From Nitrososphaerota archaeon (GTDB taxonomy: Archaea; Thermoproteota; EX4484-205; JAAOZP01), in assembly GCA_011605725.1 (NCBI GenBank), contig JAAOZP010000012.1, positions 32,001 through 96,000 on the forward strand: a stretch of DNA of 64,000 bases. The letters are read 5' to 3'. Shown piece by piece: positions 9,168 to 18,150 of this stretch; positions within the stretch are counted from its first letter, which is position 1; each line of letters begins with the position of its first letter. Below the pieces are notes generated by a model. That model did not search any database and was not told the origin of the DNA. It worked only from the letters and a program-made list of their open reading frames with translations. Made by a program: the position numbers and the translations under genes.

Positions 9168-10655
9168 ATGAAGAGCACTAGAATAGGTTTAACAATGCTT
9201 CTCGACGAGAGGAAGCATGTTTATCCGAATTATTACGAGAAATGTTACAGGGCTGTTGAAAACTGGGCAAGGTTCATCAGAGATTCGATAAAGTTTTCAG
9301 ATGGCGGTTCGCCGGAGACAGTTGTTTCATCGGAACTCATAAACTCGATAAACACTGCAAGGAGGGTTGGAGAGGAGTTTATAAGCAAGGGAGTTAGGCA
9401 AGTAATCCTTGTTTACAACGTCTGGAATTTCCCATACCTAGTCTGGCCTTTCGTTAACACTCTGGGGAAGGATAAGCCGATACTTAACCTTTCGAACAAC
9501 GAGGGCAAGTATCCAGGCAACGTCGGCCTACTTGCTACGGATGGTGCTTTGAGGCAGGCTGGCTTCAGGACGCATAGGATTATCGGCGATCCTGAAGACC
9601 CGGTGGTGAAGGAGAAGGTGAAGAAATGGGTTATGGCGGCAATAGCTGCGACAAACATTAGGAACGAGGTTTATGGCATGTACGGTGGACATTCTATGGG
9701 AATGGAGACGGGCTATTTCCACCTCGTCCCCATACAGAGGTATTTCGGAACCACTGTAAGCCAGGTTGACCAGCTGCTCCTGGTTGAGAGAATGAAGGAG
9801 ATAGATGATCAGGAGGTTGAAAAAGGCTTGAAATGGATTGAAGAGACAATAGGCGAAATAAAGTATGACGGAAAAATGCTTACGAGAGAAACACTTGGAA
9901 AGCAGATAAGAATGTACCTTGCGGTCAGAAGGATAAACGAGGAGATGGGTTTCGACTTCTGCGGGATTAAGGGTCAGAGAGAGCTTTCCGAACACGTGGT
10001 AATACCCGATGTCGCCGAAATGTTGCTTAACGATCCGTATGACTGGAACGGCCCTAAGGAGCCGACTGTCTGCGCCACCGAAGCCGATTCTTTCGCCGCA
10101 TTAACAATGCAGATACTGAAGTATGTAAGTGGCGGGCTGCCTGTTCTCTTTATGGATGTTCGACTCTACCATCCTGATTTAAACGTGTGGGACTTCTGCA
10201 ACTCCGGTAATCATGCAAGCTGGTATGCTTCAAGAAGCTTCAACCCCAAGGATAATCTGAGAAAGGTTACGCTTCACCCTGCGTTAGAACTCTACTTTAA
10301 AGCAGGAGGAGCATCCGTCTCATTCGACGCCGGCCCAGGAGAACTAACTTTCGCCAGACTAGGCTTGTTCAACGACAAGATTTACATGATAATAGTTAAG
10401 GGTGAAAGCATGGAGCTCGATGAGGAGACAAGGCGGAGGATAAACGCGGAAACTGATCCCACGTGGCCTCACGTACATGCTAGGTTGAAATGCTCGTATG
10501 AAGAGTTTACAGAAATGTTTCCAGCTAACCATATTCACGCCGTCGCTGGAGATCGTGTTCAAGAATTGAAATACTTCTGTGAAATAACTGGCGTGACACC
10601 AATAGTCTTAGGAGGGGAAGAGTATTCGAAGCCTATTTGGGACCTTCTCAAGTAA
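9168..10655 (+). CDS. L-fucose isomerase-like (FucI/AraA family)
   Basis: GHSMGM, GQRELSEH, DPYDWNGPKEP-CATEAD, WPH and ANHIH motifs of L-fucose isomerases. Confidence 0.85.
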   Translation: MKSTRIGLTMLLDERKHVYPNYYEKCYRAVENWARFIRDSIKFSDGGSPETVVSSELINSINTARRVGEEFISKGVRQVILVYNVWNFPYLVWPFVNTLGKDKPILNLSNNEGKYPGNVGLLATDGALRQAGFRTHRIIGDPEDPVVKEKVKKWVMAAIAATNIRNEVYGMYGGHSMGMETGYFHLVPIQRYFGTTVSQVDQLLLVERMKEIDDQEVEKGLKWIEETIGEIKYDGKMLTRETLGKQIRMYLAVRRINEEMGFDFCGIKGQRELSEHVVIPDVAEMLLNDPYDWNGPKEPTVCATEADSFAALTMQILKYVSGGLPVLFMDVRLYHPDLNVWDFCNSGNHASWYASRSFNPKDNLRKVTLHPALELYFKAGGASVSFDAGPGELTFARLGLFNDKIYMIIVKGESMELDEETRRRINAETDPTWPHVHARLKCSYEEFTEMFPANHIHAVAGDRVQELKYFCEITGVTPIVLGGEEYSKPIWDLLK

Positions 10656-10694
10656 TGAAAACACTGGATCAGTTCTTTCTGCATTTGATTTATA

Positions 10695-11204
10695 CTATTT
10701 CTTTTCCAGTTTTCTATAGACCGTTAAGCCTAATAATCCAAAGTAGTATATTATTCCAAACATCCCCATCCAAATGCATATAGTATAGATGTGGAGCGCG
10801 AGCGATGGTTTGTAGAAGGGGTTTGTCATTATCGGATAAAACGGTTTTATGTCTTCGTAAAGCGGAGTATCCATTAGAAGGTGAAGACTTGTTCCTAAAG
10901 CACCTGCGGCAAGGAAGGACCTTAGGTTCAAGTTGTTTGCTTCTAATAAGAATATTTTGTAGAGCCGGCGTAGTAACCTTTCAAGAAGATGCATAACATA
11001 GCCGAAGGCTAAACCCGTTGGTATAGCTAACGGAAAGGTATGTAAGTATCCGTGCAACGGATAATTTAAACCGAAAACTAGAACTAAAAAGGGCTCCACA
11101 TCGATGATGACGTTTGCCAAAATAAACGTTGGAGCATGAAGATATTTTCTAAGCGGCAAACCAAGCCCGAAGCCAGGACCCAAATGAAAGGGGGTAAAGG
11201 GCAC
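10695..11204 (-). CDS. Membrane-bound metal-dependent hydrolase-like protein
   Basis: MPFTPFH start, DVEP, HGYLHT and HLLMD motifs; hydrophobic segments. Confidence 0.75.
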   Translation of the reverse strand: MPFTPFHLGPGFGLGLPLRKYLHAPTFILANVIIDVEPFLVLVFGLNYPLHGYLHTFPLAIPTGLAFGYVMHLLERLLRRLYKIFLLEANNLNLRSFLAAGALGTSLHLLMDTPLYEDIKPFYPIMTNPFYKPSLALHIYTICIWMGMFGIIYYFGLLGLTVYRKLEKK

Positions 11205-11372
11205 AACTTAACCATTATGATATTGGTTATAAAGTTTTATTGATCCGCATGCTTAAAGGTCTTCGAATATTTCTGCAGAAGAATTTACTAGTGTTCTTCA
11301 GGGAGTACTGGTGATGCTGAAACCAGTTTATTCGTAAAATAAACCACTATCTTTATAAACAGGCTGTAGTCT

Positions 11373-12428
11373 TTGAAAAGCATGCAGGCTGATTACGACC
11401 CTTTAAAAATATTTTTAGAAAAGTATGAAAAAGACAGAAGGATCTTCTCCTTCGAAGCTAAAGATCTTTCAGAGTGGAAGTCTTGGCGCCTAGGTTTCAG
11501 AAGGAAGCTTACCGAGCTTATCGGACTTGATTTCTTCGAAAGCGCAGAGATCTCGCCTGAAACAGTGGATAAGAAGCACTATCCCGGCTACATTAGGGAA
11601 AAAGTGATTCTGAAAAGCGACCCCTATACCTTAATACCGGTATACGTGCTGGTTCCGGAAAAGTGTGAAAACACCCTGCCCGCCGTACTGGCTATGCATG
11701 GACATGGTTACGGAAAGGATGACCTAGTAGGCATTTGGGAGGATGGGACTGACCGTGTAAACCCCGTATCGAGAGGCTACCAGAAGGATTTCGCGTTGGA
11801 ACTCGTTAAACGAGGCCTAATCGTGATAGTCCCGGAGCAAAGCGGTTTTGGAGAACGCAGAACCAAGGAGGACATTGCAAAGGGTAGTGAGCAGAGCTCG
11901 TGTAAAATGCTTTCCCTATGGGCTTTGATGATGGGAACTACAACCATGGGTCGGAGAGTATGGGATGCTATCAGGGTGTTAGACTATGTTCTCACCAGGA
12001 AGGATGTTGATCATTCAAGAATAGGCATGATGGGAATATCTGGAGGCGGGACTACAACGCTTTTCACATCAGCTTTGGACGACAGGATTAGGGTCGTCGT
12101 GATAAGCGGCTACCTGAACACTTTCAGGAGCAGCATACTGGCAGTTGACCATTGCATAGACAACTATGTACCTAGTATACTCAGATACTGCGAGATGTAC
12201 GATGTGGCTGCTCTAATCGCGCCGAGGCCACTTTTGGTTGAAAGCGGCTCTAAAGACCCTATTTTCCCAATAGAAGCCACGAGATATGCTTGTGAGAAAG
12301 TACGTAGGGCCTATGCCTTGCTGAAAGCCGAGGATCGGTTTGACACGGACTTCTTCGAGGGAAGGCATGAGATAAGTGGAAGGAAATCATACGAATTCAT
12401 GGCTAAATGGCTGAAAGAAATTAACTAA
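11373..12428 (+). CDS. Alpha/beta hydrolase (acetyl-esterase/dienelactone hydrolase-like)
   Basis: MHGHG, GISGG nucleophile elbow, APRPLL, DPIF, C-terminal GRH. Confidence 0.88.
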   Translation: MKSMQADYDPLKIFLEKYEKDRRIFSFEAKDLSEWKSWRLGFRRKLTELIGLDFFESAEISPETVDKKHYPGYIREKVILKSDPYTLIPVYVLVPEKCENTLPAVLAMHGHGYGKDDLVGIWEDGTDRVNPVSRGYQKDFALELVKRGLIVIVPEQSGFGERRTKEDIAKGSEQSSCKMLSLWALMMGTTTMGRRVWDAIRVLDYVLTRKDVDHSRIGMMGISGGGTTTLFTSALDDRIRVVVISGYLNTFRSSILAVDHCIDNYVPSILRYCEMYDVAALIAPRPLLVESGSKDPIFPIEATRYACEKVRRAYALLKAEDRFDTDFFEGRHEISGRKSYEFMAKWLKEIN

Positions 12429-12537
12429 TATTCCTAGAAACAGAAAGTTACCGCTTTTGGATAAAAATACATTTTTATCAACTAAAAATTAAAAAATACT
12501 TATCTGAAAAATTTCTAATAGAGGTGGAAAATAAAAG

Positions 12538-12660
12538 ATGAAGGTAATTATTCTCGAAAAAGGAAGCAAGGCATGGTATAGGTATACGGCTTGTAACACT
12601 GTAGGATGCGGCCAGAACTGCACCCCTGTCGGATGCGGGAGCTTTATCTCTCCCTATTGA
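12538..12660 (+). CDS. Cys-rich RiPP precursor peptide (40 aa)
   Basis: MKVIILEKGSKAWYRYTACNTVGCGQNCTPVGCGSFISPY*. GAGGTGG RBS at 12521-12527. Ends 23 nt before a radical SAM gene. Below the ORF-track cutoff. Confidence 0.8.
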   Translation: MKVIILEKGSKAWYRYTACNTVGCGQNCTPVGCGSFISPY

Positions 12661-12683
12661 GACTTTAATTCAGAAAAGAGATA

Positions 12684-13586
12684 ATGTCCTCTATTGAGAC
12701 TATCGGTCAAGAAAGGAGATTAAGATTATCTGGATATTGCCTCATCATTCCCTACGATAAAGAAACTTACATACTTTTTCATACATTGAAAGGCGGGATT
12801 GCACTTATTGATGTAGAAGCCAAAAATTTTTTGGAATCCCACAGTAAATCAGGCTTTGCTGCTAGTGAAATCAAAGAATCGCAAGTAAGAGAAGCGGTTC
12901 TCAATTTACTGGAATCAGGGTTTCTTATAGATGAAGAAGTCGATGAATCTGCATTATATAGGTATTTTTTAAACAGGAATCGCTTTGATCATTTTCATGC
13001 AGCCTTCTTGATTTTGACTACCTATGCTTGTAATTTAGCCTGTAAGTACTGTTATCAAGGCTTACAAAAAAGAACCGACATCATGACGCTACATATAGCA
13101 GAAACAGTTAGTAAGTGGATATGCAAGTTGTTAGACTTTAGGAATTCCCGGTCAATCGGTATAATTTTTTATGGAGGTGAACCGTTGTTAAATATAGCAG
13201 CATTAAAATCCGTTAGTAATAATTTATTAAGCTGGAGTAGGCGTACAGGCCGTGAATTATTTACAGGACTTATAACAAATGGAGTATTGCTAACAAGACA
13301 ACTTGCAAATGAATTAGTAGATTCATATGGCTTAAGGCAAGTTCATGTTACGTTTGACGGTAACAAACTTTATCATGATTTAAGGAGATGTTTCCCAAAT
13401 GGAAGCGGCACTTTTGACATCATCTTATCCAACTTACTAAGCTACGTAGATTCCGTGGCTACTATAACTGTGAGAGTAAACTTAGATAAGCATAATGTTG
13501 GAACAGTACCTAAACTATTGGATGTCTTTCAGAGTTACGGTCTTGAAAAGAGCGAGATACGCCTTAGATATAATGGGTTTAAATGA
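12684..13586 (+). pseudogene. Radical SAM peptide maturase (SPASM-type family), C-terminally truncated
   Basis: N-terminal RRE-like region, CNLACKYC, FYGGEPLL, ITNG, TFDG...GSGTFD. It ends before any SPASM cysteines and runs into ABC-ATPase sequence near 13545. Confidence 0.85.
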
Positions 13587-14170
13587 ATTCGAAACTAGTT
13601 ATCCTTCGACACTGTCTTCAGGATATAGACAAAGAACAGCTTTAGCCAGAGGGCTAGCTGTAGACTCCCCAATCTTCTTAGATGAGCCTACGATGAACCT
13701 TGACCCAATTTCAGCAGAGGGTTTCAGAGAGTTCGTGAAGAGCACACTTAGTTTAAGGTTGAGACGCACCATAGTGTGGACGACGCATGTTTTAAGTGAA
13801 GCTGAAAAGCTTGGAGATAGAATTGGAATAATGAAAAAAGGGAAATTTATCATTTGCGATTCTCTGAGAAACTTGATAAAAGGTGCGAATCTGAACACGT
13901 TCAAATTAACGATCTCTGGTATAAATGTGGACGCGTTAGAACAGAAGATCTCTCAATTTAAGAAAAGCTTCGATAAGGGCATTACGGTTCGTCTGCTAAG
14001 CTATGATAACGGAATTACTGAGATAAAAGTGATAGGAGCAGTGGAACACGAGCAAGTAGAAAAAAAACATAAGCTCATGCCTGGACGGCTCTCAAAGGAT
14101 TTTAGAAATCAATGAAGTGAAGCCCTCGTTAGAAGAAGCATTCGTTTTTTATGCTGGTGAATTTCAATGA
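13545..14170 (+). pseudogene. ABC exporter ATP-binding subunit, N-terminally deleted and frameshifted
   Basis: Signature LSSGYRQR, Walker B FLDEPT and H-loop TTH are present; Walker A is missing. Removing one A from the A8 run at 14060-14067 restores ...EVKPSLEEAFVFYAGEFQ*, which overlaps the next ATG. Confidence 0.85.
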
Positions 14171-15081
14171 GCGAACAATATTATCGTAAGTTGTTACGAA
14201 AACCGAGGCTAAGTATAAGGGATTACATTCCAGTATTCTCCGTTTTCGTAAAGCGCTCAGCAAAACAAATAAGTTTCTATAAGACGAGTTTTGTTTTCAA
14301 TATTGTTGGAGTAATTACGGGCGTGCTTTCTTACTATTTCGTGAAATTGACACTGAATCCTTCTGAAATCATAAGCAATTTGGCGCCGTATGGAGGGGAC
14401 TTTATGGCATTTCTTATAGTTGGCATCGCCTTCCAACAATATATAGATCTTGCGCTACACGGGTATTATGAAGGCCTTGCAAGTGCATATTGGGGCTCGA
14501 CCTTAGAACAGTACCTTGTTTCACCGTTGAATCCATTGGTTTTTTCTATAGCACAAGTAATTTGGAGTTTCATCATCAGGAGTCTAAACTTTTTGTTATA
14601 CCTCATAATTGGCATTGCATTGTTTAAAGTGAAGATATTTCCCCTTAGTATTATACCTGTAATTTTGATATTTTGCATTTCAACCATTGCTGTATCTGGA
14701 CTCGGCCTTCTGTCGGCAAGCACTTTTATGCTAATGAACGCAAAGGGTTGGGAGGACCCGATTAGGTGGGCAATCACTACGTTAGAGGGATTAGTCATAG
14801 GAACCTATTATACCCCGGAAATACTTCCGATTCCTTTACAAGTCCTCGGTCTTCTGCTCCCGCAAACTTACGCGTTAGATGCATTAAGACGTTTGCTCAT
14901 AGTGGGTGCTACTTCTGAGAAAGTATTACTTGCACACTCCTTCATCCCAGTAGATCCAATTATAGGTGATATTCTTATCCTACTTGCGATTTCTATTATT
15001 TATGTTCCCCTCGGATACTACGTATTTAACAGAGGAATAAGGTACGCCCAGAAAATTGGTAATTTAACAAGACGGGTCTAG
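14167..15081 (+). CDS. ABC-2 type exporter permease
   Basis: About 6 TM segments, GSTLEQYLVSP, GTYYTPEILP, LPQTYALDALR. Confidence 0.88.
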   Translation: MSEQYYRKLLRKPRLSIRDYIPVFSVFVKRSAKQISFYKTSFVFNIVGVITGVLSYYFVKLTLNPSEIISNLAPYGGDFMAFLIVGIAFQQYIDLALHGYYEGLASAYWGSTLEQYLVSPLNPLVFSIAQVIWSFIIRSLNFLLYLIIGIALFKVKIFPLSIIPVILIFCISTIAVSGLGLLSASTFMLMNAKGWEDPIRWAITTLEGLVIGTYYTPEILPIPLQVLGLLLPQTYALDALRRLLIVGATSEKVLLAHSFIPVDPIIGDILILLAISIIYVPLGYYVFNRGIRYAQKIGNLTRRV

Positions 15082-15100
15082 GACTTTGATTTATCCGATT

Positions 15101-15112
15101 TAGCGCACGCTA
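15101..15112. repeat. Degenerate GC junction run TAGCGCACGCTA
   Basis: One mismatch from TAGCGCGCGCTA; sits where homology with the second permease copy ends. Confidence 0.5.
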
Positions 15113-15238
15113 TGACCCAGTTAAATTTTTTAGATTCTATAAAGGAGGTGGAGAAGTTAACACAGTTCAAAATCTTCATCCAACGTTAAGGACCTTTCTC
15201 ATCCATTGATTGAACGAAATTTATGAGCCAATCCCTAA

Positions 15239-15249
15239 TAGCGCGTGCT
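15239..15249. repeat. Degenerate GC junction run TAGCGCGTGCT
   Basis: One transition from TAGCGCGCGCT, in AT-rich intergenic DNA. Confidence 0.45.
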
Positions 15250-15396
15250 TCTATTTGAGACACTGAAAATGAAATATAAGGAAACCAATTTATGTAGTAT
15301 TAGTCATAAGTAAAGGTACGATTATATGTTTCTCTAAAAGAGGACAAAGATAACCGATTAGGCAAGCCAAGTACCCATCTAAGCTAGGATGAATTT

Positions 15397-16716
15397 TTAC
15401 TCTAACAACCACTTCCATAGCGGTAAGCATTTTACTATTTTATTGTCAACCCTAATCTCATCCTCATAATCCCATGTTATTATCAACAGATCTTTACACC
15501 TTAGCTCTTCACCCGCCTTTATCAAACTTTTGATTTCCCTTTTTTCAATCTCATCCTTGCCAGAAGCATAAGTAACTTGAATCAATTTTTTAACGTTCAT
15601 GCCTTCTTTTAAAACAAAATCGACTTCTCTCTGTTGGTAATCTTTCCAATAATAAACTTCTAGCTCTCTGGACCATAGGCTTCTCCTTCTTAGCAGCTCA
15701 ATCGCAACAACATTTTCCATAATTTTGCCTAAATTTTCGATGAATCTAAAACCCATTAGAGTAAAGAAAGAAATATCGGTCAAATAGTTTTTCTTTGGAG
15801 ACCTTTCTTGTTCCTTAACGCTAAAGGAAAATCTATCGATGAAATTTGTCATTCTTGCAATCTGAAAATATTTGGTAAATCTTTCAGTAGTCTTCAGGGG
15901 TGTTTCTATCTCTCTACTTATACCTCTGATGCTTATTAAGGAAGATGGGTTTGAAATCAAGAATCTTCCTACTGCTCTCAAGTATTCGTCCGCTCTAATC
16001 CTGAATCTCTTTTCTATGTCTTTTATAACTATCGTTTCCCAATAATTTTCAACTATCCTTCTTCTTTTTTCCTCGTTTTTTTCTAAAACGATTTCGGGAA
16101 ATCCTCCAAACTTTAAGTATGATGTCATCCACTCCTTAAATAAAGCTGGTTTTAAAATAATATCTCCTTTGGAGAATTCAATTCCATTAAACAAAAGAAA
16201 TTCCTCAAAGGACAGTGGAAAAATTTCAAAACTTATACATCTTCCAGCCAAAATGCTTTCAAATTCTTCAGCCATTAGCCTTGCACTACTTCCGGAGACG
16301 ATAATTCTTGCCTCGTTTTTTTCATGTAGACTTCTAACGAATTTTTCCCAAAAACTAACTTCTTGAATTTCATCTAGGATTATCAGCGGCTTTCCTCTGA
16401 AATTAATGAATTCCCTATAAGCTTCATAAATTTTGATCAAAAAGTCTTTGTCTAATTTTGCGGGGAATTTCATTTCCTCAAAATTTACATATAGGACTCC
16501 CTCGGCACTTTTAGCTTCGCTAACTTCTTTAGCAACCTGTCTCAAGATGTAAGATTTTCCGCTCCTTCTTATGCCAAAAACCGATATTATTTTGTTTACC
16601 CCATTTAAGTATGAGGTTATTTTTTGAATATACGTCCCTCTTTTCGTACCTATTTCTGCCCCCTCTCCCCAAAAGTTCCAGCCTGAAAGTACCTCCATGA
16701 TTTGCCCTTTCTTCAT
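15397..16716 (-). CDS. AAA+ ATPase, AAA_14 + DUF4143 (COG1373-type)
   Basis: GIRRSGKS, ILDEIQ, VSGSS, GGFPE, PKKNY, ENVV, EVDFV, IQV. Confidence 0.93.
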   Translation of the reverse strand: MKKGQIMEVLSGWNFWGEGAEIGTKRGTYIQKITSYLNGVNKIISVFGIRRSGKSYILRQVAKEVSEAKSAEGVLYVNFEEMKFPAKLDKDFLIKIYEAYREFINFRGKPLIILDEIQEVSFWEKFVRSLHEKNEARIIVSGSSARLMAEEFESILAGRCISFEIFPLSFEEFLLFNGIEFSKGDIILKPALFKEWMTSYLKFGGFPEIVLEKNEEKRRRIVENYWETIVIKDIEKRFRIRADEYLRAVGRFLISNPSSLISIRGISREIETPLKTTERFTKYFQIARMTNFIDRFSFSVKEQERSPKKNYLTDISFFTLMGFRFIENLGKIMENVVAIELLRRRSLWSRELEVYYWKDYQQREVDFVLKEGMNVKKLIQVTYASGKDEIEKREIKSLIKAGEELRCKDLLIITWDYEDEIRVDNKIVKCLPLWKWLLE

Positions 16717-16727
16717 CTTTTCTTAAC

Positions 16728-16763
16728 TATGTGGCACAATATTTAAACTTTTTGTGTCACATA
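16728..16763 (-). promoter_or_regulatory. Promoter of the AAA ATPase with an inverted-repeat operator flanking the TATA box
   Basis: TATGTGGCACAA-N12-TTGTGTCACATA (11/12 inverted repeat). The spacer reads AAAGTTTAAATA on the minus strand, about 25-35 nt before the ATG. Confidence 0.6.
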
Positions 16764-16806
16764 AAGGCTTAAAAGGTACGCTCCTTAACAAAAAAAGGTT
16801 AATGTA

Positions 16807-16817
16807 TAGCGTGTGCT
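16807..16817. repeat. Possible degenerate GC junction run TAGCGTGTGCT
   Basis: Two C-to-T transitions from TAGCGCGCGCT, just upstream of the permease remnant. Confidence 0.3.
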
Positions 16818-16873
16818 TGGCATACCTCAGCAAAGGAAAAGCATGAAGCCGGCTTCAGCCGTGGGAGTGTCAA

Positions 16874-17115
16874 AAGTCCTCGGTCTCCTGCTCCCGCAAG
16901 CTTACGCGTTAGATGCATCGAGGCGTTTGCTCATAGCGGGCTCCACTTCCCAGAAGGTATTACCTATGCGATCCCTTATTCCAGTAGACCCAATTATAGG
17001 TGATGTCGTTGTCCTACTCGCGATTTCCGTCGTTTATGTTCCCCTCGGGTACTATGCATTTCGCAGTGGAATAAGGTATGCGCAAAGAATTGGCAATTTA
17101 ACAAGATGGGTTTAG
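16874..17115 (+). pseudogene. 3' remnant of a second ABC-2 permease (diverged duplicate of about 14840-15093)
   Basis: VLGLLLPQAYALDASRRLLIAG...IGNLTRWV is collinear with the 14167..15081 C-terminus; no 5' part. Confidence 0.85.
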
Positions 17116-17319
17116 AATTCTGATTTGTTCACTTAACAAATAATACAAAATCGTATGTCAGTCTTGGTGCGTGTCTAATTTATTAGAAGTGCATCTTAGT
17201 TCTACCAGCCTTTTTCTGTAAAGGCTCCAGCTCCTGATGTGTTATTTTGACAATATGCGCTTGACACCACCTATCCATAAGAGTTAAATAGTTACACATT
17301 TCCAACTAACGCGAAACAG

Positions 17320-18114
17320 ATGAAAGTATGGATAATGACGGATCTTGAGGGGGTTGCAGGGGTCTTCAGCTTCGAAGAACATGCAAGCCCTAAGGGTAGG
17401 TGGTACGATCTTTCTAGGAAACTCTTGACTCAAGAGGTGAATGCTGCTATTGAGGGCGCGCTGGAACAGGGGGCTAAGGAAGTGCTCGTCGTCGACGGTC
17501 ACGGATATGGCGCGGTAAACATAGAGGAGCTTAATCCTGAGGCTAAGCTTCTCTCGGGTAGGCCACTCCTAATTCCATGGGGTTTGGAGAAAGGGTTTGA
17601 AGCAGCCTTTATGATAGGGCAGCATGCCATGGCGGGTGTGGAGAAGGCGCACCTGAGCCATACTGAGAGCCATACTGCTATTCAAAACGTTTGGATAAAC
17701 GGGGTTAAAGCCGGAGAGATAGCGATAGTTGCTGCAGTAGCAGGGTATTTCGACGTACCACTGGTTTTAGTCACAGGCGATAAGGCTGCATGTCTCGAGG
17801 CGGAGTCTCTAATACCTGGGTTGGAAACCGTGGGTGTAAAAGAAGGGTTAAGCCACGGGGCGGCAGTAAGTGTGACGCCGACTAAGGCTAGGATAATGAT
17901 TAAAAACGGTGCTAAGAATGCTCTTGCAAAAGCGAGCAGCATACTTCCCTATAGAGTGAAAAAGCCGGTTGAGCTCGTAGTCGAGTTTACTGAGGAGAGC
18001 AAGAGTTCTGCTGAAGTACTGTCTAGAAGACCAGGTGTGAAAAGAATCGATACTAGAACAATAAAAATCGAGGAGAATGATCTGCTTGAAGCCCTTAGAA
18101 GATGGTGGATGTAA
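17320..18114 (+). CDS. dppA: D-aminopeptidase, peptidase M55 family
   Basis: DLEGVAG, VDGHG, GQHAMAG, LSHT and VTGD motifs. Confidence 0.9.
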   Translation: MKVWIMTDLEGVAGVFSFEEHASPKGRWYDLSRKLLTQEVNAAIEGALEQGAKEVLVVDGHGYGAVNIEELNPEAKLLSGRPLLIPWGLEKGFEAAFMIGQHAMAGVEKAHLSHTESHTAIQNVWINGVKAGEIAIVAAVAGYFDVPLVLVTGDKAACLEAESLIPGLETVGVKEGLSHGAAVSVTPTKARIMIKNGAKNALAKASSILPYRVKKPVELVVEFTEESKSSAEVLSRRPGVKRIDTRTIKIEENDLLEALRRWWM

Positions 18115-18150
18115 CCGTGTTATGAAACATTGTTACATAAATTTTTCAGG

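Noticed and set aside
13495-13586. Programmed frameshift linking the rSAM and ABC ATPase
   Set aside because: Both proteins lack essential parts (SPASM region, Walker A), which fits a deletion better.
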